DNA of 64,000 nt from an uncultured Verrucomicrobiae bacterium (GTDB lineage: Bacteria > Verrucomicrobiota > Verrucomicrobiia > Chthoniobacterales > UBA10450): positions 96,001 to 160,000 of the forward strand of contig CAWIBO010000001.1 of assembly GCA_963834385.1 (NCBI GenBank), read 5' to 3'. Shown in pieces: positions 10,668 to 21,783 of the stretch. The notes below the pieces were generated by a model. It was given only the letters and a program-made list of their open reading frames with translations, was not told the origin of the DNA and ran no database searches. The position numbers and the translations under genes are program-made. Each line of letters opens with the position of its first letter. Position 1 is the stretch's first letter.

Positions 10668-12011
10668 TTAACACGGGACCCGCAGCAGCGCTTCGCTCCC
10701 CCGGCCGCCCTGCCGCGCCACCAGGGTGAGCGAGCCGCCGTGCGCTTCCGCGATCTGCCGGCTGAGGGCCAGCCCAATGCCGGAGCCGCCGGGTTTGGTC
10801 GTGAAGAAAGGCACGAAAAGATTGGTCGGGTTCATCACCCCATGCCCTTCATCCTCGATCACCACCTCGGCGCATTCCCCGGCGACGCGCCACGTCACCG
10901 CGACCCGCCCGTTCGTTTCGAGGGAGGCGTCGACGGCATTGTGCATGATGTTGATGAGAAGCTGTTCGATTTGCGCGGCATCCGCCGTGATCTGCATCGG
11001 CGGCCCCGAGATCACGGCCACGGGCAGCCGGGTTTCCAGACTGGCCACGCGATGGATCAGGTCGCCGAGATCGAACGGTTCTTTCTGCGGGGGCGGCAGC
11101 CGGGCCAGCCGGGTATAGGCCTGCATGAACCGGCTCAGGGAATCAGCCCGGGTCGCGATCACATTCAGGCCGCTCCGGGCGTCGGCGCGCCAGTCGTCCG
11201 CGAGCGGCTCGCGCCGGATCAGGTTTTCCAGGCTGCCGGCGATCGACTTGATCGGGGCAAGGGAGTTGTTCATCTCGTGCCCGAGCACCCGGACGAGCCG
11301 TTGCCAGGCGCGCCGTTCCTCCTCGCGCAACGTCCGGCTGAGGTCGGTCAGGACCAGCAGATCATGGGGAAGACCCCGTTCGCGATAGACGCTGCGGCGC
11401 ACGCCCCAGCGGCCGGAACCGCCGGGAAAGTTCAGGGTGACCGGGGCATCCTGGTCGGCCTCGAAGACCTGGGCCAGGCCGAGTTCGCCGGCATTGCGTC
11501 CGAGGAGCTTGTCGATTGGCTTGCCGAGAAGGTTTTCCCCAGCGCGGTTGACCAGGCGCAGCTTGCGCTCGGGGTCGAAGGTGAAAACGGCGACATCGAT
11601 CTCGCCCATGATGGTGCGGAGAAGGGCGGTGGCTTCAAAGGCGCCGAGCCGCTGGGTGCGCAGGGTTTCGCCAAGGGAATTGATCTCGAGGAGCGCCTCG
11701 CCCAGGGCGTCGTCGTCGCGGGCGCCGCGGGCGCGGATGGAATAATCGCCCTCCCGCAGGGCTGCAAGCAGGTTGGTGATGGTCTGGAGGGGGCGCACGA
11801 CATGTTCGCGGGCGCTGGCGATGAAACCGAGGGCGCAACCGACGATGATGAGAGAGAGCGTCCATTGCAGCTTGGCGCTGTAACCGCCGAACCACAGCAG
11901 GAGCAGGGTGATGAGCGCCGCCGGCGCGACCGCGCCAATGATCAACCAGGTAAGACGGCCCTCGTGCGTGGCGCGCTGTCGCCGTTTCGCTTTGGGCCGG
12001 AAAACGTTCAC
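10668..12011 (-). CDS. Sensor histidine kinase (NtrY/NtrB-like; 2 TM, HAMP, PAS-like, HATPase)
   Basis: H-box VLGHEMNNSLAPI, N-box QLLINIMHNA, G-boxes DEGHG and GSGIGLALS. Confidence 0.93.
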   Translation of the reverse strand: MNVFRPKAKRRQRATHEGRLTWLIIGAVAPAALITLLLLWFGGYSAKLQWTLSLIIVGCALGFIASAREHVVRPLQTITNLLAALREGDYSIRARGARDDDALGEALLEINSLGETLRTQRLGAFEATALLRTIMGEIDVAVFTFDPERKLRLVNRAGENLLGKPIDKLLGRNAGELGLAQVFEADQDAPVTLNFPGGSGRWGVRRSVYRERGLPHDLLVLTDLSRTLREEERRAWQRLVRVLGHEMNNSLAPIKSIAGSLENLIRREPLADDWRADARSGLNVIATRADSLSRFMQAYTRLARLPPPQKEPFDLGDLIHRVASLETRLPVAVISGPPMQITADAAQIEQLLINIMHNAVDASLETNGRVAVTWRVAGECAEVVIEDEGHGVMNPTNLFVPFFTTKPGGSGIGLALSRQIAEAHGGSLTLVARQGGRGSEALLRVPC

Positions 12012-12050
12012 GTGCGCAGAGAGCCCGGCCGCGTGGGCGGCATGTTCCGG

Positions 12051-13397
12051 CTAAAGACCATGGTGCTGCAAGCGGCGATAAAAAGCGCTCCGGCTCAGGC
12101 CAAGCGCCTCCGCGGCGCGGCGCGCGCTGCCGTCGAAGCGGGCCAGCGCTTTCCTGATCAGAAAAGCCTCCACTTCCTCCAGGCTCATATCCTCGAGCCG
12201 GCCAGACTCGTCCCGCACGAGGTTCAGGCCAAGATCGTTGAGCTTGATCTGGGCGCCCTGCGCCATCAGCACTGCCCGCTCGACGATGTGATCCAGTTCC
12301 CGGACGTTGCCTGGGTAGGGATGTTGCATGAGGGCGTCGCGCGCCTTTTCATCGAACCCGGACATCTCCTTGCGATAACGGTTCGCGTGCTGCCGGAGAA
12401 AACTGTGGGCCAGCAGCATGATGTCCTCACGTCGCTCGCGCAGGGGCGGCAGCGCAATTTCAATCGTGTTCAGGCGGAAGAGGAGATCCTGGCGGAATCG
12501 CCCCGCCGACACCTCCTCGTGCAGATTGGCGTTGGTGGCCGAGATGATGCGGACATTGGCGTGCAGTGTCTTGGAGGAGCCGACGCGCTCGAACTCGCCC
12601 GTTTCGATCATGCGCAGGAGTTTTGCCTGCTGATTCATCGGAATGTTGGCGATCTCATCCATGAAAAGCGTGCTCTCGTCCGCCAGTTCGAAACGGCCGG
12701 CCCGATCAGTCTTCGCGTCGGTAAAGGCCCCTTTCACATGCCCGAAGAGCTCGCTCTCGAAGATTCCCTCGGACAAGCCACCCATGTTGACCGTGATCAT
12801 CGACTTGGCCGAGCGCGGCGAAAGCGCGTGCAGCGCCTGCGCGATCAGTCCCTTCCCGGTGCCGTTTTCCCCCGTCACGAGCACGTTCGCGTCGGAGGGC
12901 GCCACCTTTGAGATCATCTCGAGGATCGGGCGCATCCGCGGCGATTCGGCGATGATGCTGGGAGCGTTGCCGCCGAGCAGACGATTGGCCGCCTCGAGGC
13001 GCCGGCCCTTCCGAAGAGCCCCGCCGAGTTCGACCTGGGTGCGGACAATGGCCAGCAGCCGGTCATTCTCCCAGGGCTTGGGCACAAAATCCCGCGCCCC
13101 CCGCTTCATCGCTTCCACCGCGAGATCGATCGTGGCCCAGGCGGTCATGACCACGATGGGGAGGGTGTTGTCCATGGTTTGGATCCGCGGGATCACCTCG
13201 AGCCCCTCCTGCCCCGAGGTGGTGTCGCGGGTGTAATTCAGGTCCATCATCAGCAGCGCGTAATCCTTCTTTTCCAGCGCTGCGATGACTCCCGCGAGCG
13301 ACGTCACCGCATCGGTCTGGTAGCCCTCGCCCTTCAGCAAAATGCGAAGCGCTTCCAGTACGTCCGGCTGGTCATCGGCGATGAGGATCCTCGTCAT
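12051..13397 (-). CDS. Sigma-54-dependent response regulator (NtrC/AtoC family)
   Basis: Receiver (ADD, MDLN, KP), GENGTGK, GAFTDA variant of GAFTGA, FRQDLLFRLN, PGNVREL and Fis-type HTH. Confidence 0.96.
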   Translation of the reverse strand: MTRILIADDQPDVLEALRILLKGEGYQTDAVTSLAGVIAALEKKDYALLMMDLNYTRDTTSGQEGLEVIPRIQTMDNTLPIVVMTAWATIDLAVEAMKRGARDFVPKPWENDRLLAIVRTQVELGGALRKGRRLEAANRLLGGNAPSIIAESPRMRPILEMISKVAPSDANVLVTGENGTGKGLIAQALHALSPRSAKSMITVNMGGLSEGIFESELFGHVKGAFTDAKTDRAGRFELADESTLFMDEIANIPMNQQAKLLRMIETGEFERVGSSKTLHANVRIISATNANLHEEVSAGRFRQDLLFRLNTIEIALPPLRERREDIMLLAHSFLRQHANRYRKEMSGFDEKARDALMQHPYPGNVRELDHIVERAVLMAQGAQIKLNDLGLNLVRDESGRLEDMSLEEVEAFLIRKALARFDGSARRAAEALGLSRSAFYRRLQHHGL

Positions 13398-13525
13398 GGG
13401 GTCAAGTCACTCAACAAATTCTATCACAGTGTCAATGCCGCGCTGCTTTTGCCGCAGGGCGGCCGCGGGCTGCTCCTCTGCTTTTTTACAGCGTTCGCAC
13501 GCGGAACACGCTAGATATTTTCACG

Positions 13526-15409
13526 ATGCCGGAGACGCCGCTTTCATCCCGCTGGAGCCGCGGATCGTTTGTCGTCATTCTCCTGGCCGGCCTCCTCCTC
13601 CTCGGCTTGTCGATTTATCGCGCGGCCCATCAGCCCGCCCCGGCGGAAAACGTCCCCTTTGAGCTGGTCGATACCGGCTTTGTCTCCTCCAACGCCTGCC
13701 AGACCTGTCACCCGGGAAATTACGCCAGCTGGCATGCCTCCTACCACCGGACGATGACCCAGCGGGGAAACGTGGAGACGCTGCAGGCCGACATGGATGG
13801 CCTGGAGCTTCACCACGCCGGGACGCGTTATGAAGTGGAGCGGCGCGGCCGCGATTATTTTGTCCGCAAAGGTCCCGCGGCCGGCCCGCTGGGCGCGCCG
13901 CAGCAAATCGTCCTCGTGACCGGGTCGCATCAACTCCAGATCCCCTGGATGGAAACGGAGTTTGGACGGACCCTCGAGCAATTCCCCTTCGGCTACATCA
14001 TCGAGGAAAAAATGTGGGCGCCGGTGACGCAGACGTTCCTGATGCCGCCCGAGTTGAAGGAGATTTATTCGCTCGGCGCCTGGAACGGTGCCTGCATGGA
14101 TTGCCATGTGACGCAGGGCCGTTCCCGCTTCGTCGAGGGAAACCGCTGGGATACGCAGGTCACGGAATTCGGCATTTCTTGCGAAGCCTGCCACGGCAAC
14201 GGCGCCGCCCATGTCGCGGCCAACCGCAACCCGCTTCGGCGCTGGAAAATGCACCTGACCGGGGCGCCCGATCCCACCATCGCCAATGCCGGCCGCATGA
14301 GCGGCCCGGCGTCCGCCCTCGCCTGTGGCCAATGCCACAGCGTCTGGGCCTTCAAAGGCATGGACGAAAAAATCGATTTCAATCGGCATGGCGCGGGTTT
14401 CCGGCCGGGCCAGGAGGATCTGGAAAAGCGTTTCGTGGTCCAGCCGCAGACGGCCGACCACAGCGCGCAGAAGGATTTTATCCGCCAATCGGAACCGGAT
14501 TTTTTCCGGAACCGCTTTTGGGGTGACGGGATGATCCGGGTGACCGGCCGCGAATACAACGGGGTGGCCGCGTCACCCTGCTTCAAGGGCGGGGAATTTT
14601 CCTGTCTCTCCTGCCACCAGATGCATCCCGAGCGGCCGACCGAGGCCCGCCTTGACCAGTGGAAGGACGACCAGATGAAACCGCACATGGAATCGGACCG
14701 GGCCTGCCTCCAGTGCCACCAGTCGATGGCGTCGAATATCAGCGCCCACACGCATCACGCGGCGAATTCGTCCGGGAGCAGTTGCTACAACTGCCACATG
14801 CCCCACACCACCTTTGGCCTGCTCAAGGCCATCCGCTCGCACCAGGTCTCCTCGCCGAGCGCCGCGGAAAGCGTCGAGCATGGCCGGCCCAACGCCTGCA
14901 ACCTTTGCCATCTCGATCAGACCCTGGCCTGGACAGCCGACCACCTGCAGGCCTGGTTCGGGCAAACACCGCCGCCGCTCGGGCCGGATGACCGGGAACT
15001 GGCCGCCTCGGTGCAATGGCTGGTCAAAGGCGATGCCGCCCAGCGCGCCCTGCTGGCGTGGGGCATGGGCTGGAAGCCGGCGCGCGAGACGACCGGCGAC
15101 CTCGGGTGGTTTTATCCCTATCTCATCTACACCCTGACCGATCCCTACGCCGCCATCCGCTTCAATGCCTGGCGTTCCTTGCGCGCGCTGCCCGGCTTTG
15201 CCGACTTTTCCTTCACTTACACCGATCCCGACGAAAAAATCAGCGAGACGGCCCGTGCTGCGTATGCTCGCTGGATGAGCGAGGTGAAACCGGGCGACGC
15301 CACTTTCCCGGGGCGGACCGGCCTTGAATCCAACGGGGCTTTTCGCCCGGAACTGATGAACCGGCTGCGGGCCGAGCGGGACAACTCCCCGGTTTTGCTG
15401 GCGGAATAG
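13526..15409 (+). CDS. Membrane-anchored or exported multiheme cytochrome c (8 CxxCH motifs)
   Basis: CQTCH, CMDCH, CEACH, CGQCH, CLSCH, CLQCH, CYNCH, CNLCH; N-terminal hydrophobic helix. Confidence 0.9.
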   Translation: MPETPLSSRWSRGSFVVILLAGLLLLGLSIYRAAHQPAPAENVPFELVDTGFVSSNACQTCHPGNYASWHASYHRTMTQRGNVETLQADMDGLELHHAGTRYEVERRGRDYFVRKGPAAGPLGAPQQIVLVTGSHQLQIPWMETEFGRTLEQFPFGYIIEEKMWAPVTQTFLMPPELKEIYSLGAWNGACMDCHVTQGRSRFVEGNRWDTQVTEFGISCEACHGNGAAHVAANRNPLRRWKMHLTGAPDPTIANAGRMSGPASALACGQCHSVWAFKGMDEKIDFNRHGAGFRPGQEDLEKRFVVQPQTADHSAQKDFIRQSEPDFFRNRFWGDGMIRVTGREYNGVAASPCFKGGEFSCLSCHQMHPERPTEARLDQWKDDQMKPHMESDRACLQCHQSMASNISAHTHHAANSSGSSCYNCHMPHTTFGLLKAIRSHQVSSPSAAESVEHGRPNACNLCHLDQTLAWTADHLQAWFGQTPPPLGPDDRELAASVQWLVKGDAAQRALLAWGMGWKPARETTGDLGWFYPYLIYTLTDPYAAIRFNAWRSLRALPGFADFSFTYTDPDEKISETARAAYARWMSEVKPGDATFPGRTGLESNGAFRPELMNRLRAERDNSPVLLAE

Positions 15410-15412
15410 CCC

Positions 15413-15826
15413 ATGGTTGAACCTGCCCGCCACCTTCGCTTTGGTTTCTGGCTGCTGCTCGTTTCCCTGGCCGGCGGATTGATCCTGGAGGGCCTGCTCG
15501 GTTTTCGGGTCGGCTGGTATGTCGACCTGGGGAACGATGCGCGCCGGGTCATGCTGCGCCTGGCGCACATGCACGGCACTCTCCTGGCCTTTGTGAATAT
15601 CGCGGTGGGGTTGGCCGCGCGGGGACGTGACAGCGCGCCCCTCCCCAAAGCCGTTTCCCACTCGCTGGTCTGGGCCTCACTCCTCCTGCCCGGCGGATTT
15701 TTGCTGGGCGGCCTGGTGATCTACGATGGCGATCCGGGCCTCGGGATCCTTCTTACCCCGGTGGGCGGACTTCTCCTGATCTACGGGATCGGACGTTTCG
15801 CGCTCGGTCTGTCGAAGCAACGCTAG
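15413..15826 (+). CDS. Hypothetical ~4-TM membrane protein
   Basis: Four hydrophobic segments and an AHMHG motif; starts 3 bp after the cytochrome stop. Confidence 0.8.
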   Translation: MVEPARHLRFGFWLLLVSLAGGLILEGLLGFRVGWYVDLGNDARRVMLRLAHMHGTLLAFVNIAVGLAARGRDSAPLPKAVSHSLVWASLLLPGGFLLGGLVIYDGDPGLGILLTPVGGLLLIYGIGRFALGLSKQR

Positions 15827-15847
15827 CCGTCGGCGGTCCCGGCGTCC

Positions 15848-18054
15848 CTACCTGGCCGCCGTCGGTTGCGCCGGCTGATCCAGCCCCCGACGTTTCAGGA
15901 GCGGCTCGATCTTTGGCTCGCCGCCGGTAAAGTCGCGGAAGAGACTCATGGCTTCCTGGCTACCGCCGCGCGAAAGAAGCGTGCGCCGGAAACGGTCCCC
16001 GTTCTCCCGGGTCAGACCGCCATTCTGCTTGAACCATTCCACGGTGTTGGCGTCCAGCACCTCGCTCCAGATGTAGGAGTAATAACCGGCGGAATAACCC
16101 CCGGCAAAAGTGTGCGAAAAATAGGCGCTGCGATACCGCGGCGGCACCATCGGAAGATCCACCCCGGCCTTTTTCAGCGCTTCCGCCTCGAAGGCGAGCA
16201 CATCGGTGGGCAACTGGTCGGGCCCAATCTGGTGGAACGCCTGGTCGAGCAGCGTGGCGGAAAGATACTCCGTCGTTTTGTAACCCTCGTTGAACTTTTC
16301 CGCCGCCAGCAGCTTGTCCACCAACTCCTGTGGCATCGTCTCGCCCGTCTTGTAATGCCGCGCGTACTTTTTCAGGATCTCCGGCCAGAGCGACCCACAT
16401 CTCGTTCACCTGCGAGGGAAACTCGACAAAATCGCGCGGAACGCTCGTCCCGCTGAAGCGCGGATACTTCACGCTCGAGAACATGCCGTGCAGGGCATGC
16501 CCGAACTCGTGGAACATGGTCTCCACTTCATCGTAGGTCATCAGGGTCGGCTCCCCCTTGGGCGGCTTGGGGATGTTGAGATGAAAAGCCACCACCGGTT
16601 TCCGGTTGAAGAGACCGTTCTGCGGCACATAGGCATTCATCCAGGCGCCACCCCGCTTTGAGGGACGGGCGTAATTATCGACCAGGCAAAGGGCCAGCGG
16701 TTCCCCCGATTCCTCGAAAACCTCGAAAACCCGGACGTCCGGATGATAAACCGGCAGGTCGGTCCGCTCTTTGAAGGTGATTCCATAGAGCCTGGTCGCG
16801 GCGAAAAGCACGCCATCGCGCAGCACGTTGTTTAACTCGAAATACGGTTTCACGTCCGACTCCTCGAAGGCGAAACGCGCCTTCTTCACCTTCTCGGCAT
16901 AAAGATCCCAGTCATGCGCGGCCACTTCGAAATCGCCGCCTTCCTTCTTGATCATCTCCTGGATATCCGCGGCTTCCTTTTTCGCATTCGCCACCGCCGG
17001 CGGGGCGAGCTCGCCCAGAAGTTTGTTCACCGTCCCGACACTGCCGGCCGTCTGGTCCTCCAGCTGATAGGCGGCGTGGGTCGCATACCCGAGCAGCTTG
17101 GCTCGCTCCGCCCGCAGGGCGACGATCTCCTTGATCGTTTCCCGGTTGTCGAACTCCCCGCCCCGGCTGTTCCGCGTAAGGGACGCCTGCATGATCTTCT
17201 CGCGCAGGGAACGATCCTGCAGGGCCGAAAGGGCGGGCTGCTGGGAGGTGTTCAGGAGATGGATGACGAACTTGCCCGGCTTCTTGTCCTCCTTCGCGGC
17301 CGCCGCCGCCGCCGCGATTTCATTCTCGGGCAGACCGGCCAGGTCTCCCTTCTTGTCGACCACGATCGAGAGGGCGTTCTTCTCCTTCAGGACATTCTGG
17401 GCGAAACGGGTCTGGAGAGTGGCCAGCTTTGAGTTCATCTCCTTGAGCTTTGCCTTGTCGCTCCTCGGAAAGTTTCGCCCCGGCGCGGACGAAATCCTTG
17501 TAATAACGTTCGAGGAGCCAGCCAGCCTCGGGATCGAGACCAAGCTGCTCGCGCTGGTCATACAGAGCCTGGAGGCGCGCAAACAGTTTCGGGTCGAGCC
17601 GGATGGTGTCGAGATGGGCTGAGAGCTTCGGGGCCATCTCCGTTTCGAGTTTCTGCAACTGCGGGTTGGTGTCGGCCCCGACCAGGTTCGAGAAGATGCG
17701 GTTGACTCGCTCAAGGGTGCGGCCCGAACGCTCGAGGGCGACAATGGTATTCTCAAAAGTCGGTTCCTCCGCGCTGCCTGCGATATCCTCCACCTCGCGC
17801 AAATGCTCGGTAAACCCGCGGGCAAAGGCCGGTCCATAATGCTCGTCCTTGATCAAATCGAACGGCGGCATGTGGAACGGCAGGGTGCTCTCCGAGAGCA
17901 AGGGGTTGTCGGTCGTTGCCCGGGAAGGCTGCGGTTTCTTTTTGTCCGCGGCGGAGACAATCAGGCTCGACATGATGAGCAGGACTGTAAGGAAAAGCGG
18001 GCCTCGGACAATGGACGGGAGCGAACGAGCGGAGGAAAGAGAAGGGAGCTGCAT
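15848..18054 (-). CDS. dcp: M3 family peptidyl-dipeptidase Dcp (two apparent frameshifts, ~17462 and ~16390)
   Basis: NPLL..PPFDLI, EPTFENTI, KRGGAWM, HEFGHALH zinc motif, RDFVEFPSQ and YSAGYYSYIWSEVLD are spread over three frames. Start uncertain. Confidence 0.88.
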
Positions 18055-18152
18055 AGTTTGAGATGGTGGCGACGCCCGACCGCCGGGCGCGGCCGATAAA
18101 CTAGCGCGAAAACCGCTTTTGGCGAGGCCGCCTAGCTCCGCGCCCCGCTGGA

Positions 18153-18980
18153 TCAAACGGGTCGTCGCGCCCGAAGCTCAAGAAAAAGTGGAGTGGTGAT
18201 CAGCGTGCCCGGATCGTTTTCGGCCTTGTGAAACTCCGCTCGCACGTGTTCCACCCACGTCTCCTTTACCCGGCCGAGCTCGAGCAGCCGCCGGAGGTTG
18301 ATGTCGATGAAGCTTTTCGGCCAGTGCCACGCGTAGTCGCGGGGCGAGACGGTCAGGAGATGCGGGCGGACGTCCTCCACGACAAGGCCGGCAGCCTGCA
18401 GCATCGACGGCAGGGCCAGGGCGATGTTGGGCTCGCCGCCACTGGCCCGCCAGCTCGCCATTACTTCGCCGACAAATTCTTCATGCGCGGATCGGCGCGG
18501 CGCCATTCGCCAGGTGGCATAATCGCTATACTCATGGAAGACAACGACTCCGCCCGGGCGCAGGGCCCGGCAAATCTTTCCCACGAGGGCGGCGGGATCG
18601 GGAACAAAACAGGCCACCCAACGGCACCAGGCCAGGTCGAACTCCCCCGCGCCCAGGTCATCCTCCATCAGGTCCGCCTGGCGAAATTCAACATTGGTCA
18701 ACCCGAGGCCGTGACACCGCCGCCGCGCCGCCTCCAGGAACCGATCCGAGCGTTCCACCGCCACCACCCTCCCTTCCGGCCCGGCCAGTTCCGCCAGGTC
18801 CACCGTGGCGTAACCGGGACCGCACCCGACATCGAGAAGATGCTGCCCAGGCAGGAGTCCGGCGCGGCGCCAGCTTTCCAGGGTGGTCACCCGCCAGACA
18901 CGATGCTGCAGACCAAGGCGGGCGATTTCCTCGTCATGCGTGCCCAGGACATAATCATCGCTCCCCACCGGTTCCTTCAT
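18153..18980 (-). CDS. Class I SAM-dependent methyltransferase
   Basis: LLDVGCGPG motif I and ALRPGG; start at MKEPVGSDDYVLG, 1 bp after the comM stop. Confidence 0.88.
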   Translation of the reverse strand: MKEPVGSDDYVLGTHDEEIARLGLQHRVWRVTTLESWRRAGLLPGQHLLDVGCGPGYATVDLAELAGPEGRVVAVERSDRFLEAARRRCHGLGLTNVEFRQADLMEDDLGAGEFDLAWCRWVACFVPDPAALVGKICRALRPGGVVVFHEYSDYATWRMAPRRSAHEEFVGEVMASWRASGGEPNIALALPSMLQAAGLVVEDVRPHLLTVSPRDYAWHWPKSFIDINLRRLLELGRVKETWVEHVRAEFHKAENDPGTLITTPLFLELRARRPV

Positions 18981-18981
18981 C

Positions 18982-20517
18982 CTAGATCCAGAGTGTGCGG
19001 TCGAAGGTCCGATACTGGATGGCCTCGCTGACATGCTCGGGCGCGACCTCTTCGGCCCCGGCCAGGTCGGCCACGGTGCGGGCGACCTTGAGGATCCGGT
19101 CGTAGGCGCGGGCGCTGAGATTGAGTTCCGCCATGGCTGTGCGGACAAGTTCCTGGGCCTCATGGCCGAGACGGCAATGCTGCTTGAGCTGCCTCGGACC
19201 CATGCGCGCGTTGCAGGTGATCTTCTGTTCGCGGCTGAACCTTTTCTGCTGTCGGCCACGCGCTTCCTGCACCCGGGCGCGGATAACCTCCGATCCCTCC
19301 TCCACCCGCGTGCTGGAGAGGTCGTGATATTCCACCGCGGGCACCTCCACGTGAAGATCAATGCGGTCGAGCAACGGACCGGAGATGCGCTGCCGGTAAC
19401 GCTGCACCTGCACCGGGCTGCAACGGCACTCCCGTTTCAGATCGCCAAAATAGCCGCACGGACACGGATTCATCGCCGCCACCAGCATGAACTCGGAGGG
19501 AAAGGTCAGCGACCCGGCCGCGCGCGAGATGGTCACGTTTCCGTCCTCCAGCGGTTGCCGCATAACCTCGAGAGTTGACCGCTTGAACTCCGGCAATTCG
19601 TCAAGGAAGAGCACCCCGTGATGAGCCAGGCTCACTTCGCCCGGCGTCGGCACCGCCGAGCCGCCGAGGAGGCCAACGTCGGAAATAGTATGGTGCGGCG
19701 ACCGAAAAGGACGGGTTGCGACAAAGGAACGCTCGCCGCCCAGCATGCCGGCGATGCTGTGAATCTTGGTCGCCTCGATCGCCTCCTCCAGCGACAAGGG
19801 AGGCATGATCGTGGCAATCCGCTTGGAGAGCATCGATTTGCCTGAGCCGGGCGGACCAATCATGAGCACGTTATGCCCGCCGGCCACCGCCACCTCGATC
19901 GCCCGTTTTACGTGGCCCTGGCCTTTGACGTCGGCGAAATCGACCTCGTAGGCCTGGTGCGTGGAAAAGAAGCCGCCCATGTCGCCCTGGACCGGCTCAA
20001 GCGGTTTCTGGCCGACCAGAAACTCAAAAGCTTCCCGGAGGTTTTGCACCCCGTAGATGTCGATGCCGCTGACCATGGCGGCCTCGGGAGCATTGGCTGC
20101 CGGCACAATCAGGGCCTCCTTGCCGCGCCGTCGCGCCTCCAGGGCGACCGGCAGGACGCCGCGCACCGGGCGCACGGCCCCGTTCAAGGCCAGCTCACCA
20201 ACGAAGCTGAATCGCTCGATTCGTTCCGGCTCGACCAGTTCATTGACCGCGATCATGCCGAGCGCGATGGGCAGGTCAAAACTGGGCCCCTCCTTTTTGA
20301 TATCGGCCGGCGCCAGATTGATCGTGGTCCGCCCCCGCGGCCAATGGTAACCGCTGTTGCCGATGGCGGTGGTGACGCGGTCGCGGCTTTCCTTGACCGC
20401 CGCATCCGGCAGGCCGACGACCACGATAACCGGGTTGCCGCCGGCCGCGTTGACCTCGATCTCCACCTCGTAGGCGTCGATGCCGTAAACAGCCGCCGAG
20501 TAGATCTTCGCGAGCAT
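18982..20517 (-). CDS. comM: ComM/YifB Mg-chelatase-like AAA+ ATPase
   Basis: [67 protein letters not shown]. Confidence 0.95.
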   Translation of the reverse strand: MLAKIYSAAVYGIDAYEVEIEVNAAGGNPVIVVVGLPDAAVKESRDRVTTAIGNSGYHWPRGRTTINLAPADIKKEGPSFDLPIALGMIAVNELVEPERIERFSFVGELALNGAVRPVRGVLPVALEARRRGKEALIVPAANAPEAAMVSGIDIYGVQNLREAFEFLVGQKPLEPVQGDMGGFFSTHQAYEVDFADVKGQGHVKRAIEVAVAGGHNVLMIGPPGSGKSMLSKRIATIMPPLSLEEAIEATKIHSIAGMLGGERSFVATRPFRSPHHTISDVGLLGGSAVPTPGEVSLAHHGVLFLDELPEFKRSTLEVMRQPLEDGNVTISRAAGSLTFPSEFMLVAAMNPCPCGYFGDLKRECRCSPVQVQRYRQRISGPLLDRIDLHVEVPAVEYHDLSSTRVEEGSEVIRARVQEARGRQQKRFSREQKITCNARMGPRQLKQHCRLGHEAQELVRTAMAELNLSARAYDRILKVARTVADLAGAEEVAPEHVSEAIQYRTFDRTLWI

Positions 20518-20619
20518 CGCCCGGCCAGACTGGCAAAGAACGTTCCCCGGGAAAAGGGGCAAAAACGCGCGGCCCTGCCGAAAGGTCCGCCCCGCCGCCC
20601 CGCTTTCGGGGCCTTCGTG

Positions 20620-21783
20620 CTACTTCTTGGCCCGGGCGCCGTTCCGGGCCCGCGGTTTGCGGTGCCCGTTGCCGTTGCGCTTGATCAGGGCCGGCAGGGA
20701 GAGTTCCTCCTCCTCGCCGCGGATGAAGTCGTCGGTCTTCTTGCGGGCTTCGTCGTCCGTGTACTGGATTGGCGGCGACTTCATGAAATAGCTCGAGGGC
20801 GCGGTCAGCGAACCGGAGATCCCGCGATCGAGCGCCAGCTTGGCGCAGCGAATGGCGTCGATGACCACGCCGGCCGAGTTCGGGGAATCCCAAACCTCGA
20901 GCTTCAGTTCGCAGTTCAGCGGCACGTTCCCGAAAGTGGTGCCTTCCATCCGGATGTAGCACCATTTCCGGTCGGCCAGCCAGGGGACGTAATCGCTCGG
21001 GCCGACATGCACGTCCTTCGCCGGGAGGGCATGGCCAAGCTGGCTCGTGACCGCCTGGGTCTTCGAGATCTTCTTCGATTCCAGACGCTCGCGCTCGAGC
21101 ATGTTCATGAAGTCGGTGTTGCCCCCGAAGTTGAGCTGGTAGGTCCGGTCGAGACGCACGCCGCGATCCCGGAAAAGATTGGTCAGGACGCGATGGGCGA
21201 TGGTGGCCCCGACCTGTGACTTGATGTCGTCGCCAATGATCGGCAGATTCCGCTCCTCGAATCGCTTCTGCCAGTAACGCTGGGAGGCGATGAACACCGG
21301 CACGCAATTGATGAAGGCACACCCGGCCTCGAGGATCTGTTCCACATACCACTTCGTGGCCATTTCCGAGCCGACCGGCAGGTAGGAAACCACCACGTCC
21401 GTCTTGGTTTTCTTCAGGATGCCGACAATGTCGTCCGTCTGCCCGGGCGACTTCTTCACGATGCGCTTCACATACTTGCCCAGGCCATCGTGGGTCATGC
21501 CGCGATGCACCTTTACGCCCGTCTTCGGAACGTCGGCGAACTTGATCGTGTTGTTCGGCTCGGCGAAAACGGCCTCGCTCAGGTCGCGGCCCACCTTGGC
21601 CAGGGCAATGTCGAAGGCCGCGGTAAACTCAATGTCCCGCACATGGTAGCCACCAAGGTCGACGTGCATGAGGCCGGGGACAAAGTCGTCCCCGTTCGCG
21701 TTACGGTAGAATTCCACCCCCTGCACGAGGGAGGAGGCGCAGTTGCCCACGCCGATAATGCCGACGCGAATTTTATCTTTCAT
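20620..21783 (-). CDS. ino1: Myo-inositol-1-phosphate synthase
   Basis: [42 protein letters not shown]. Start at MKDKIRV. Confidence 0.95.
   Translation of the reverse strand: MKDKIRVGIIGVGNCASSLVQGVEFYRNANGDDFVPGLMHVDLGGYHVRDIEFTAAFDIALAKVGRDLSEAVFAEPNNTIKFADVPKTGVKVHRGMTHDGLGKYVKRIVKKSPGQTDDIVGILKKTKTDVVVSYLPVGSEMATKWYVEQILEAGCAFINCVPVFIASQRYWQKRFEERNLPIIGDDIKSQVGATIAHRVLTNLFRDRGVRLDRTYQLNFGGNTDFMNMLERERLESKKISKTQAVTSQLGHALPAKDVHVGPSDYVPWLADRKWCYIRMEGTTFGNVPLNCELKLEVWDSPNSAGVVIDAIRCAKLALDRGISGSLTAPSSYFMKSPPIQYTDDEARKKTDDFIRGEEEELSLPALIKRNGNGHRKPRARNGARAKK

Noticed and set aside
15848..18054. dcp (and glgE) as true pseudogenes or programmed frameshifts
   Set aside because: Motifs are intact, there are no in-frame stops after repair and no slippery heptamer was seen; sequencing error is more parsimonious, though unproven.
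19344..19357. parS-like CCACGTGAA inside comM
   Set aside because: Only the core matches; the flanks do not form the 16-bp parS palindrome.
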